64,000 nt of DNA from Hemiscyllium ocellatum (taxonomy: Eukaryota): contig NC_083409.1 in the NCBI RefSeq assembly GCF_020745735.1, forward strand, positions 17,442,341-17,506,340. Reading direction: 5' to 3'. The notes below the pieces were generated by a model that saw nothing but the letters and a program-made list of their open reading frames with translations, was not told where the DNA came from and searched no databases. Positions 22,856 to 34,639 of this stretch are shown here, piece by piece. Position 1 is the stretch's first letter. Each line of letters begins with the position of its first letter. The translations under genes and the position numbers were made by a program.

Positions 22856-23251
22856 TCAATAAGCACAGCACCCCCACCTGTACTAACACATTCCACATTT
22901 TTGTGACATATACACAGTTCCACCTCCTGCACTGATACATCCACAGTTATATGTAAATGAAATTGAACAAATTACCCCATACCGGGATTGTCACTGTACA
23001 TGACACACTCCAGTCCCTGTGGTGTCCACCGCTCACTGAAGGCCTCAAGTTTCCCTCTTGCATTCCATGGCCACACGTGAAGAGCAGCTGCAAGATTTAA
23101 CATCGAAAAATAAAGTTCACAAACTGCACAAGCCCAGCTGAACACTACCGAGAGAGACAGAGGGAGGGCAGGGAGAGGGTGAGACTAAGTAAGAGACACA
23201 GAGAGAGAGACAGGGAGCGGTTGAGAGTGATGGAGGGAAGCAGAGAGTAGA

Positions 23252-23264
23252 GATTTTTGTACAG
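23252..23264 (-). other. Remnant of the J 23-RSS: nonamer plus 4 spacer bases; heptamer and rest of spacer missing
   Basis: GATTTTTGT-ACAG abuts the J coding sequence directly; no CACTGTG precedes J. Confidence 0.7.
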
Positions 23265-23295
23265 ACGTTCGGTGAAGGAACCAAGCTCAGGCTGA
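23265..23295 (+). pseudogene. IGKJ: Ig kappa J segment (TFGEGTKLRL-S)
   Basis: FGxGT motif; phase-1 donor A|GTAAGT at 23296; ~440 bp from V as in shark cluster genes. Confidence 0.9.
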
Positions 23296-23654
23296 GTAAG
23301 TAAACCTCAATCCTCCATTATTGAACCTGTCAATACTGAAACACAATTTATAAAACACAAATACTGAATTGTTGAAGTGTTGCAGTGAAGGAAATGTTTG
23401 ATTGAGGAACACCGCGTCCCATACGGTGTACACCTGTATTTCTTTAGTCCTATAACCCCATTAAAAAGCAAGATATAAGTCAGTAAGTTTTACTCATCGT
23501 GTGGAGGAGCTCTGTCCATTTGCAGCCTGTGGTCCCATTCCTGCAGCATGGAGTGAAATCAGTGAGTAGCCTCCTGCCAGTCTCAGTGTGACGGACACGG
23601 GCAGAGTTTGATGTGAGCTCTGGCTCCCTGTCCCAGTCTCTGATCTCACTGACC

Positions 23655-23708
<54 letters not shown>
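23655..23708. repeat. (GCA)18 trinucleotide microsatellite in the J-C intron
   Basis: Perfect repeat read directly. Confidence 0.95.
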
Positions 23709-23754
23709 CAGTGAGACACCGAGCTCCCACCTCCCCCAGCTTTAACTCTGCTCA

Positions 23755-26700
23755 ATCACATAATCACAGAATTGTCACATTGCACAAGGAGGCCATTCTG
23801 CCCATCCTGTCTGGACTGGCTCTCCGAATGAGCAATTCACTGAGTGTCATTCTCCTGCCTTCTCCCTGTCACCCTGCACATTGTTGCTTTTCAAATATCA
23901 GTCTCATTCCCTTCGGAATGTTTTAATTGAAGCTGCCTCCACCACACTCTCAGGCAGTGCACTCCACACCTTAACCACTCACTGGCCAAAATGTTGTTCC
24001 CCATCTCACTTTTGTGACTTTTCCCAATTGCCTTCAATCTGTGGTCTCTCAGTCTCAATCCTTTCTCTTGGGAACATTTTCTCCCTATTTACTGTATCCA
24101 GGCCCCTCCTGATTTTAATTCCTCCAACAAATCTCCTCTCAGCCTTCTCCAAAGAAGTCAGTCCCAAATTCTCCAAACTATCTTAATAACTGATGTTCCT
24201 CATCCCTGGAATGATCTTTGGGAATATTTTTTGCCATTTCTACAAAATTTCACCTGCTTCCTGAATGATTTACATTATCTATGTCCCTCATGATTTTATA
24301 AACCTCTGTAAGGTCACTCCTCAGACTCTTACACTTGAGGGAAAAAAGTCTCAGCTTTTCCAGCTGCTCATAGTCATGGAGTCATACAGCGTGGAAACAG
24401 ACATTTCAGTCCAACTTGCCTGAGTTAACCAGATCTCCTAAATGACCTCATCCCATTTGCCAGCATTTGGCTTACATCCCTCTAAACCCTTCCTATCCAT
24501 GTTCCCATCCCAATGTGTTTTAAATGTTGTAATTTTATCCGCCTCCAACGCTTTCTCTAGCAGCTCGATCCAGACACACACCACCCTCTGTGTGACAAGT
24601 TACCGCTCGGGTCCCTTTTGAATCTTTTGCCTCTCACCTTAAACCTATGCCCTCTTGTTTTGGACTCCCGTTCCCAAGGAAAAGACCTTGGATATACACC
24701 CTGTCCATGCCCTTCATGATTTTCTGCACATCCATAAGGTCACCCGAGGCCTTAGATGCTGCAGGGAAAATAGGCCCATTTCTTCAGCCTCTCCCGACAG
24801 CTGAAACCCTCCAATTCCTGGCCACATCCTTGTAAATCTTTTCCGCTGCCTTTTAAGTTTAACAACATCCTTCCTATCTCAGGATGATCAGAATTGTTCA
24901 CATTATTCCCAAAGTGGCCTCACCAACTGCTGTACAGCTGCAACATCATGTCCCAACTCCTATACTCAATGCAGTGACCAATAAAAGTAAGCATACCCAA
25001 CACCTTCTTCATCTCCCTGTCTACCTGTGACTCCACTGTCAAGGAATAATGCACCTGCACCTGCACCTTCACCCCTCGGTCTCTTTAGATTAGATTACTT
25101 ACAGTGTGGAAACAGGCCCTTCTGCCAACAAGTCCACACCGACCCGCCGAAACACAACCCACCCATACCCTACATTTGCCCCTTATCTAACACTACGGGC
25201 AATTTAGCATGGCCAATTCACCTGACCCACACATCTTTGGACTGTGGGAGGAAACCAGCACCCGGAGGAAACCCACGCAGACACAGAACGTGCAAACTCC
25301 ACACAGTCAGTCGCCTGAGTTGGAATTGAACCCGGGTCTCAGGCGCTGTGAGACAGCAGTGCTAACCACTGTGCCACCGTGCCCCCCATGTTGCTTTGTT
25401 GAGCAACACTCCACGGGTCCCTACCATTAACCGTAAAAGTCCTGCCCTGGTTTGGCTTTGAAAATGTATCTGAACATACTCTCACAATTCTCTCCCCTCC
25501 TGCCTGTTACACTGCTACTACCCCAGTCTATATTCAAAAATTAAAGAGCCATTTATAATGACTCTATCACGTTTGCAAGTATCTGCAAATTCCTTGCATT
25601 TGTATTCCTCTGCATCCTTCCCATTGGGTGGTGACTTATTGACTGCGGTGAGGATTCTGTGGTCCTTGGTGTTCCTCTCTGTTATTCCCTCCTGGCTCCC
25701 ACAGCCCTGCCAAGTTAGTTTAAACCCTCGCCAACTGCACTAGTAAATCACCCCAAAGGAACTCAGTCCCAGCTCGGTTCAGGAACAACACTGTCTGGTC
25801 TGTCCAGGTCCCATCTCCCCCAGACCCAGTCTCAATGTCCCAAGAATCTAAAGTCCTCCAACCTGGATCCTCTTTCCAGCTTCACATTCACCTGTGTTAT
25901 CCTCCTGTTCCTATTCTCACTTGGGTGGGGCACTGGGAGCAATCCGGAGATTCCAACTTTTGAGCTCCCAGTGCTCATTCCCTCCAGAGCCCCCTAAATT
26001 CTGACTGCAGGACCACATCCCTTTCCTCCCTCTGTCACTGGCACTGATGTGGACCATGACTGCTGACTGTTCTCCCTCTCCCCTCAGGGTGCTCTGCAGC
26101 CGCTCAGAGACATCCTTGACCCTGGCACCAGAGAGACAACACACCATCCTGGATTCCCATCTGCAACTGCAGAAACACCTATCGATTGCCCTCACTCTCG
26201 AATCTCCTCTCGCTATCCTTTTTCCTTGTGCCCCCCGTACAGCGGAACCCTCCACCTTGGTGCCAGGGACTTGGCTCTGGCTGCACATCAGAGATGAATC
26301 ATCATTCTCATCAGGATTCTGAACTGAATCCCAGTTGGAGAGTGTGATGCACTCAGGGGATTCCTCTACTACCTGCCTGGTCCTTTTGGACTGTCTACTG
26401 CTCCCCCATTCCCTCTCTCCCTGCATACGCTGAAACTGCAGAGTGACCACGTCTAGAAATATGTTCTCCATAGAGCTCTCAGCCTCACGGACGGTCTGCA
26501 CTGACACCAGCTACTGGTCACTGACCACACTTCCTGCACTCATGGTATTCCAGGAGCTAGGAAGCATTCTGAAGTTCCCACCTAAATGCACACTCTCTTC
26601 ACCCTTTGATCATCTCTTGGCAAAGTTCTGATGACAAACAGCTCCAGCAGGGCTCACAGTCCAGTGGGTTCAGTGTTCCAGGGTTTTGGGGAAACTGTCC

Positions 26701-29700
26701 AGAAGACTTTAAGAAATAGGAGCAGAAATCAGCCATTAAGCCCATTGAATCTGCTCTGCCATTTGATCTTGGCAGATATGCTTCTCAACCCCATTCTCCT
26801 GCCTACTCCACAGGAACGTTCGATCCCCTTAACTCTCACGAACCTATCTATCTCTGTCTTAAATACACTCAGTGGCTTGGCTTCCACTGCCCTCTGTATC
26901 AATGAGTTTCACAGATTCGCCACCCTCTGGCTGAAGAAATTCCTCCTCATCTCAGCTCGAAAGGGTCGGCCCTTCATTCTGAGGCTGTGCCTTCGTTACC
27001 GAGTCTCTCCTGTTTTTGGCAACATCTTCTCTGCATCCACTCTATCCAGGTCTATCAGTATTCTGCAAATTTCAATAAGATCCCTCCTCATCTTTCTAAA
27101 CTCCAGCGAGTACAGACCCAGAGTCCCCGAGCACGCCTGATATGATAAGTCCTTCATCGCCTGGATCATTCTTGTAAACCCCTCCAATGCCAGCCCATGG
27201 TTTCTTAGAATATGGGTCTGAAATCTGTCCACAATATTCCAAATGCAGTCTGACCAGACCCTTACACAGCCTCAGCAGTACATCTCTGCTCTTGTATTCT
27301 GACCCTACTGAAATGAATGCTATCATTTCATTTGCCTTCCCAAGCACAAACTGGACCTGCCTGTTAACCTGAAGGGAAACCTGAATGAGGTTCGTGCTTT
27401 AGATTTCCAAAGGCTTTCCTTATTTAGAAAATAGTCTTTGCATCTCTTCTTCCTCCCAAAGTGCACACCCTCACACTGTCACACATTGTATCCTATCTGC
27501 CACTTCTTTGCCCCTCTCCGAGTCTATCCAGGACCTCTTACAGCCTTCTCACTTCCTCAACACTATCTGTCCCTCCACCTATCTCATGTCATCTGCAAAC
27601 TTAGCAACAATGTCTTCACTTCCTTCATCCAGATTGTTAATGTATAATGTGAATAGTTAAGGTCCCAACATTGACCCCTACATGACTCTACCAGTCACCA
27701 GCTGCCATTTTTCCTCACTCTCTGCTTTATGCCAACCTGCCAGTCCTCAGTCCATGCCAGTACCTCGGCCCTCACACTTTATGCTCTTATTTAATGTCAA
27801 AGGCCTTCTAGAAATCCAAATACATTACTTCCTTTGACTCTCCTTTGTGTGACTGGCTCATTGCCTCCTCAAAGAATTCTAACAGATTTGCCAGGCATGA
27901 CCTCCCCTTGACTCAGCCCTAGTTTACAATTGCACCTCCAAGTCCTCTGCAATTTCATCCTTAAATTGAAGTCTAAACCCTTACCAACAACTGAGTCCAG
28001 GCTAACTGGCCTATAATTTCCCATATTCTCCCTCCCTCCCTTCCTTCTTAAACAGGGCTGTTATGTGAGCCACTTTCCAGTCCCTTGCCCCCATCAGATC
28101 CCTGTCCACCACACTGTCATACCCTGACTCCATTGATTCCTGAAAGATCATCTCCAATACCTCCATAATTTACTCAGTGATCTCCTTCAGAACACACTCA
28201 TGTAGTTCATCTAGTCTGGGTGATTTATCCACATTCAACCTTTCAGCTTTGATTCAATTCCTCTGCTATTTCTTCACTTCCTATAATACTTTCTTCAGCC
28301 TCATTTTCTGGCGATCCGATGTCTATTTTTGTCTTCCTCTTCCTTTTTATACATCTGATAAAACTCGTGCAATCTTCTTTTGTATTACTGGCTAACTTAC
28401 CCCCACATTTCCCCCTCTCCACCTTTAATGCTTTTTTATTTATCCTCTCCAGGTTTTTAAAGACTTTTAACCCTCTGGCTTCCCACTTTTCTCTTTCACA
28501 TTGTGTGTTTTTTTCTTTTGCTTTTATGCTGTCCGTGACTTCCCTCACCAGCCATGGTTGCCTTGTCCTCCCCGAGTATGTTTCTTCTTTTTTGGGATGA
28601 ATTCCTACTCTGCTTCCTGAATTACCCCCAGAAACTCTGCTGTTTGCTGCCCCACCATTTTACCTGCTCGGCTCCCCTTCCAATCAACTCTGGCCAGCTC
28701 CTTCCTCATGTCTTTGTTACCTTTACTCAACTGAAATACTGATCCATCTGATTGCAGCTTCTCCCTCTCAAACTACAGCCGGATTTCTATCATATTATGG
28801 TCACTTATCCAGAGGGATACTTTAACCTTCAGCTCATTAATCAAGTTTGCCTCATTCCACATAACTGAATCCAGAACTGCCTGTTCCATAATGGCTCAAC
28901 CACAAGCTGCTCCAAAAACCATCTTGTAGACATCCATGAAATCCTTTTCTTGAGACGCGCTACCCAGTCCACCTATCTATTGAAGTCTGCCCTGACATTT
29001 TGTATACGGCTTTTCTGTCTCCTGATTGATTTCCTTCCCCACACCCTGATTACTGCTTGGAGACCTGGACATAACTTGCATCAGATTCTTTATTTCTTGT
29101 GGTTCCTCAACTCTACCCACCCAGATTCTACACCTTCTGACTCTATATCACTTCTTGCTTTGATTTAATTTAATTTCGTACTAACAAGGCAACTCTTCCC
29201 CCTCTGTCCATCTACCTCTCCTTTTCATAGGACATGTATTCTTGGATATTTAGTTCCCAGCCCGGATCCCCTTACAGCCATGTCTCTGTGATACCCACGA
29301 CATCGTACCTGCCAGTTTCAATCTGCACTACCAGCTCATTGCGTATACTGTGTGTTTTTATGTACAACACATTCAGCCCTGCATTGACTGCCTTCTTTCT
29401 CATCATTATCCTCTTATCTGCTGTGCTTGATGCTCGACTCTTGTTCCTTTCTGTACTCTCTGTTGGAGTATGTCTTATAGAAACTTGAATAACCTCTCTT
29501 GAGCCCTCCTCCACTTTAACTAGTTTAAATTCCTTGGAAACTCAATTTACCTCGATTTATGGCATCACTTTGTCTACCTTACTTGGAATGCTTTGTGCAT
29601 TTAGATACAAACCCTTTAAGTTTGTTCTATCATTGATTTTCCCTGCACTTTTATGGTTCCTTTAATATTCAAAAATTCTATCCCTTCCTTTTATTTTCTG

Positions 29701-30680
29701 GTAACAATCAATCCCATCACTAACCAGCAATCCTACCTCCTCCTTTACCTTCCATTTTCTCATTTTCCATCCAACTGAACCAAATTCCTTTCTCTTTGGG
29801 TTGAGTTCAGGGCAATATTTATCTTGGACCAACATCATGAAGAATGCTCTTTGACCTCATTGCTTCTAGTGGGATCTTGCTGTGTAGAAATTGGCTGTCC
29901 CTTTCCTGACATTGCAACAGTGACTTGTTTTAAAACAAAATGTAAATGTCTTTGGGAGAGCCTGAGGTGTTAGGGGCTCGATTGAAATACAATTACATTT
30001 ATGGAGATGTACAGCATGGAAACTGACCCTTCAGTCCAAGTCATCCATCCTGACCAGATACCCTAAATTAATCTAGTCCCATTTGCCAGCATGAGGCCCA
30101 TGTCGCTCTCAACCCTTCCTATACATATACCCATCCAGATGGCTTTTTAAATATTGTAATCATACCAGCCTCCACCACTCCCTCTGGCAGCTCATTCCAA
30201 AAATGCACCACCCTCTACATGAAAACACTACACCTTAAGGTCCCTTTTAAATCTTTCTTCTGTCACGTTCAACCTATGCCCTCTAGTTCTGGACTCCCCA
30301 ACTCTGAAGAAAAGATCTACTCGATTCACCATATCTATTCCCCTCAAGATTTTATAAACCACTGTGTGGTCACCCCTCAGCCTCCAACAATCCAGGGAAA
30401 ATAGTCTCAGTCTATTCATCTTCCTCCGATAGCTCAAACTCTCCAACTTTGGCAACACCCTTATAAAACTTTTCTGAAGCATTTTACGGTTCACAATATT
30501 TTTCCTACAGCAGGGAGACCAGAATTACACACCGTATTCCAAAAGTGACCTAACCAATGTCTGACACAACCACAACAACTCCCAACTCCAATACTCAATG
30601 CACTGCCCAATAAAGGAAACCATCCCAAGTTACTTTGTCACTCCCCTACCTACCTGCAACTCCACTTTCAAGGAACATTT
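23755..30680 (-). mobile_element. Stack of CR1 fragments (3' ends, ORF1 esterase 25480-26620, RT/APE 27400-29530), antisense to the Ig gene
   Basis: Minus-strand ORFs such as RGDSRVRAIDRCFCSCRWESRMVCCLSGARVKDV, LNVLYIKTHSIRN...VGITETW, LRGDHTVVYKILRG. Confidence 0.85.
25086..25386 (-). mobile_element. HE1-type tRNA-derived V-SINE nested in a CR1
   Basis: tRNA-like head (GGCACAGTGGTTAGCAC...GGGTTCAATTC), V-domain GGGTTTCCTCCGGGTGC, (AATCT)n tail. Confidence 0.85.
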
Positions 30681-31769
30681 TTTTTGGTTGAACTGGGTGT
30701 CTTTCAGTTGTGAAAGGTGCCATTCCATGGCACTGTTGGATGAAGAGCAGGCAGATCCCCCTGGTGTACCTGGTCAATATTTATCCCCCAATAAAAATCA
30801 CTAAAAATCTATTTCTCTGCTAATTATCATACTGTGTTTGGGATCTCACTGTGCAAAGTCTGCTGGAAAGAGCCATTGGGACATCCTGAGCTGGGGACAG
30901 GTGCTACACAAATGCAGGTCTTTCTTTAAGGTTAGAGTCTCCTGATCCTGAACCTCTCCCATTGTCTGCGCACTCTCACCTTCCAGGAGGCATGGGGTCA
31001 TTAGGAGCAGTGACCCTGCCTGACCCCGGGACACTGAGACTCTTTGCAGCCTCACCCTTGATCTCAGCCCAGTGGTGTGCAGCAAGGTTTGAAATGTATT
31101 CTGGAACATTCTACACAGACACCCCAATGTGACTCCTTCCTGAAATGTTTGGATCCAAGTCTGCTCCAATGTTCTCGGATAAAGTTCTCCTCATCTGTGG
31201 GTAATCTGAGGTTTGTTAAAGAGGGATCGAGCTCCATCCCACTTTTTAGCTCTTGCTCCATAGCTCTGGAGGTTTTGATGTTCTAAGTGAATATCGAAGT
31301 GTTTTTTTCAATGTGATGAGGGTTTCTGCCTCTCCCACCCTTTCAGACAGTGAGTCCCAGATCCCATCAGCCTCTGGGTGAAAACAATTACTCCTCAATT
31401 CCCCCCGAACCCTGTCCCCAATTCATTTCAATCTCTCCCCATGGTTATTGCCCTCTCTGCTGATGGAAATCAGTCCTTCCTACCAATTCTATCTCGGCCC
31501 TCATCATTTTACATGCCTTGATCAAATCTCCCCTCAGCCTTCTCTGTTCCAAAGAAAACAGTCCCAGCCAAACCAATCATTCCTCAAAACTAAAACTCCC
31601 CATTCCTGACAAAATCCTCCACTGTCCCCATCACTAGGGGGATCATATCCTTCCTGTAATGTGGTGACCAGAACAGTACACTGTTCTCTCACTGCGCCCT
31701 AACTGGGGTTTTATACAGTTCCAGAATAGACAAATTTCTTGCTTTCGCTCTCAACCAAAAAGGAGACAA

Positions 31770-32110
31770 GGGAGGTGATCGTCTAATAGTATTATTGCTG
31801 AACTGTTAATCCAGAGATCCAGATAATATTCTGGGGACCCGGGTTAGAATCCTGCCACAGCAGATGGTGGAATTTGAATTCAATAAAAAAATCTGGAATT
31901 AAGAATCTAATGATGACCATGAAACCATCGTTGATTGTCAGGAAAAAGCCATCTGATTTCCTAATGCCCTTTAGGGAAGGAAACTGTCATCTTTACCATG
32001 TGACCCCAGACCCTCAGCAATGTAGTTGACTCTAAAATGCCTTCTGGAGATTAGGGATGGGCAATAAATGCTGCCGATCCAGCAATGCCCTCATTCTGTC
32101 AATGGAAAAA
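31770..32110 (+). mobile_element. Second tRNA-derived SINE family with GGCAATAAATGCTG-type LINE tail
   Basis: A/B-box-like head (GGTGATCGTCTAATAG...GGGTTAGAATCC). Related copy at 44428-44670. Tail shared with the LINE at 301-1655. Confidence 0.6.
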
Positions 32111-33420
32111 GAAAAACTGTTTCTCCCATGTGTCTTCTGAACCACCTCACTGACCTGCATTCATTAGTCACCATGGCCACATCTTCCACCTCCACACACA
32201 TCTGACTTCCAGCCTCAAGCTGACGAGAGACATTCCTTCATTATCTGAGAAATGGACAGAAATATTAAACACAGGAGCAGCAGTAGGCCATTCGGCCCCT
32301 CAAGCCTGCTCCACCATTCAATATGATCATGGCCAATCAGGCAACACTGTCCCCTGTTCCTGCTTGCTCCCCACATTCTTTGAACTCATTAATCTTAAGA
32401 ACTGTATCTAATTCCTTCTTGAACACATACCGCATCTAATTCCCTCATGCTGGTAAATTGATGAGAAGTATTGAGTTGTTTTTTGACACAATGATCCGTT
32501 GGGCCTTTTGGGTCGCTCTGACTCTGACTCTATTATTATATGTTATGAATAACTGGGTACCAAGGACTGATCCCTGTGGTACCCCAACTGGGAAATATCT
32601 GCCATTCAGAAAAAGACTCATTCTTCCTGTCCTGTCTGCCAACCAGTTCTCAATCCGTGTCAGTACCTGACCCCCAATCCTCTTGTTTGTTGGGATTTCT
32701 TTGATTCAGTTGGACACAGTTAATCCTGTCTTTGCCTTCCTCAGGTCCTGTTCAATGTCACCCCTGCATTTTCGATCCTCCTCTGGGCTTTCTGCAGATA
32801 ACTCCAGAGAACCAACATCACCTTCCCTGTTTGGTCTTCCCTACTCTGGCTGCCTTTTGACATCCCAGGCTGAGAGTCTAGATTTGGGAGTCCCACCCTT
32901 ACTCATTGTGGGAAAAGATTCTGAACAATCTCTGTCTATTCTTTTGAGGGATCCCACTGCCCTGACACTGATTTCACATGATGGCGTTGGTTCTAGTCCA
33001 CTTTTACTAAATTATTGCAAAGTTTAGTAAAATAATTCATTCCCAAGTGAAAACGTTTACACTTGCTGCATGGTTCTCCATTTCCATCTCTACTCTCAAT
33101 CTCACTGAATTCTGATCACTGTCACTAAACTGCTCCCCCATTGATAGCACTTCCAGCTGCCCACATTCATTCCCTAAACAAGAGTCCAAACCTGTTCCTT
33201 GTCTTTCCCCATCACCTTCTCGGGGCAACTCGGGATGAGAAATAAATGCTGGCCCTGCTCGTGACACTCACTCCCAAGAAACAATTTAAACAACACCTGT
33301 TTTTTTTGTCGGGTTTGGTAGGTATTGGATACAAATGTTCAAACATTTTACCAGTGAATGTTCTGAGAGTTGAAGTTTCTTCAAATGGCAGGGATTAAAA
33401 TTGTTTCTTTTGTCTTTCAG

Positions 33421-33749
33421 GCCGTGAGAACTCTCAGCCCAAGCTGACCCTGCTGCCCCCCTCCCCGGAGCAGGTCAATGCCAAGGGCACTGCCACCCTG
33501 GGGTGCCTTGCCAATCACTTCAATCCCGATGAGCTGGAGGTTCAGTGGAAGAAGGACGGTGCAGTCATTACGGACGGGGATCAGACCAGCAACTACCTGC
33601 GAGCTTCGGACAGCACTGACAGTGTCAGCAGCCTGCTGACCCTCTCTGGGTCTGACTGGGAGTCCAACGCTCGCTTCTCCTGTGCCCTCACCCACGTGAC
33701 CCTCCCCTCTCCCCTCAGCAAGAGCATCAGGAGATCAGAATGTGTGTAG
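33421..33749 (+). CDS. IGKC: Ig kappa-type C exon (C1-set), open frame but probably part of a pseudo-cluster
   Basis: Acceptor TTTGTCTTTCAG, phase 1. (S)RENSQPKLTLLPPSPEQVNAKGTATLGCLANHFNPDELEVQWKKDG...STDSVSSLLTLSGSDWESNARFSCALTHVTLPSPLSKSIRRSECV*. Both domain Cys, the Trp and the interchain Cys are present. Confidence 0.92.
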
Positions 33750-34071
33750 AGTGTTCAAGACAGTCCACAGAGGAGACACAACTTTAAACAGAACAGGGCT
33801 GAGCTGGCAGGACAAAGGTCATTGTCTGCACTGAATGTCAACGCTCCTCCTTCTCAGGACTGGTCTAGGGGACACTTCTGAGGTTCAGGAGTTCAGGCAG
33901 TTCATTGGGACAGCGTAGAGAGAGTTTTATCCTATGTAAAACCTCATGCTGTCCTTGTCCTGGGAGTGTTTGACGGGTCAGGGTTGACTTGTGATGCTAA
34001 GTAAAATCTCTTGAAGATGTTGAAAAGCGCCAGCTGTACAAAACAATGTGAACCTCTGAAGTCTCTGCTTC

Positions 34072-34278
34072 AGTAAAACAGATCCCCTTCCTGCTCAGCC
34101 GCCAGTTCCAATTTAAGGTTTTGTCACTGTTTAAAGCGACAGGGTTCTCATGTTACTGAGTAAACCTCCACAAGTGTTTTCCTCAAGCACCATTGTGGCT
34201 GTGAATTTGAGCAGCTTCCTCTGTCTGGGCTGTTAATTTTAGTGTTTATTCTCCCAAAGCCAATCAAATCAGATTAAA
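34072..34278 (+). terminator. Candidate polyadenylation signals of the kappa transcript
   Basis: No AATAAA seen after the C stop; AGTAAA at 34072-34077 and ATTAAA at 34273-34278. Confidence 0.25.
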
Positions 34279-34639
34279 GTTGAAGAAGATTCAGTCTCTG
34301 TTTCTGTGTGCTTTGGAAATGGACCACTCCCTTCAGCTGTTTGGATGCATTTCAGCACAGCATTGTCACAATTGGCTGTTTGGTCTGTCAATCAGTAAGA
34401 CTTTCGTTGTAGTATGGACTGACAGCTAATCATCAATCATTTTCATATGATCCCTTTGATCTGGAAACTGTGGAGGTTACAAGTTTCCAAACAAAACAGA
34501 AACTGAAAGCTGTTGGGACTCTGTAATTACAATCTGAGGCATTCCCTCTTCACTCTTTTGATCCAGGTAGAGTTGCTGGGATAGTACTGTGCACTCTCTC
34601 CTGCATGCTGGATAGTACCTGTAATGTTTTAAGGCCAGT

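Noticed and set aside
23254-23295. TTTTTGTACAG forms a splice acceptor in front of J
   Set aside because: Leader-to-J splicing is out of frame (G-AC GTT CGG TGA stops at once), so no product.
23707-23713. Isolated CACAGTG in the J-C intron, reminiscent of the mammalian intron RS heptamer used with the kappa-deleting element
   Set aside because: No nonamer. CACAGTG occurs at least seven times in the window, and none of the downstream CACTGTG sites I checked (34710, 35540, 48059, 53974) has a nonamer at 12 or 23 spacing.
23480-23755. Poly-Ala and poly-Leu ORFs
   Set aside because: Artefacts of the (GCA)18 repeat.
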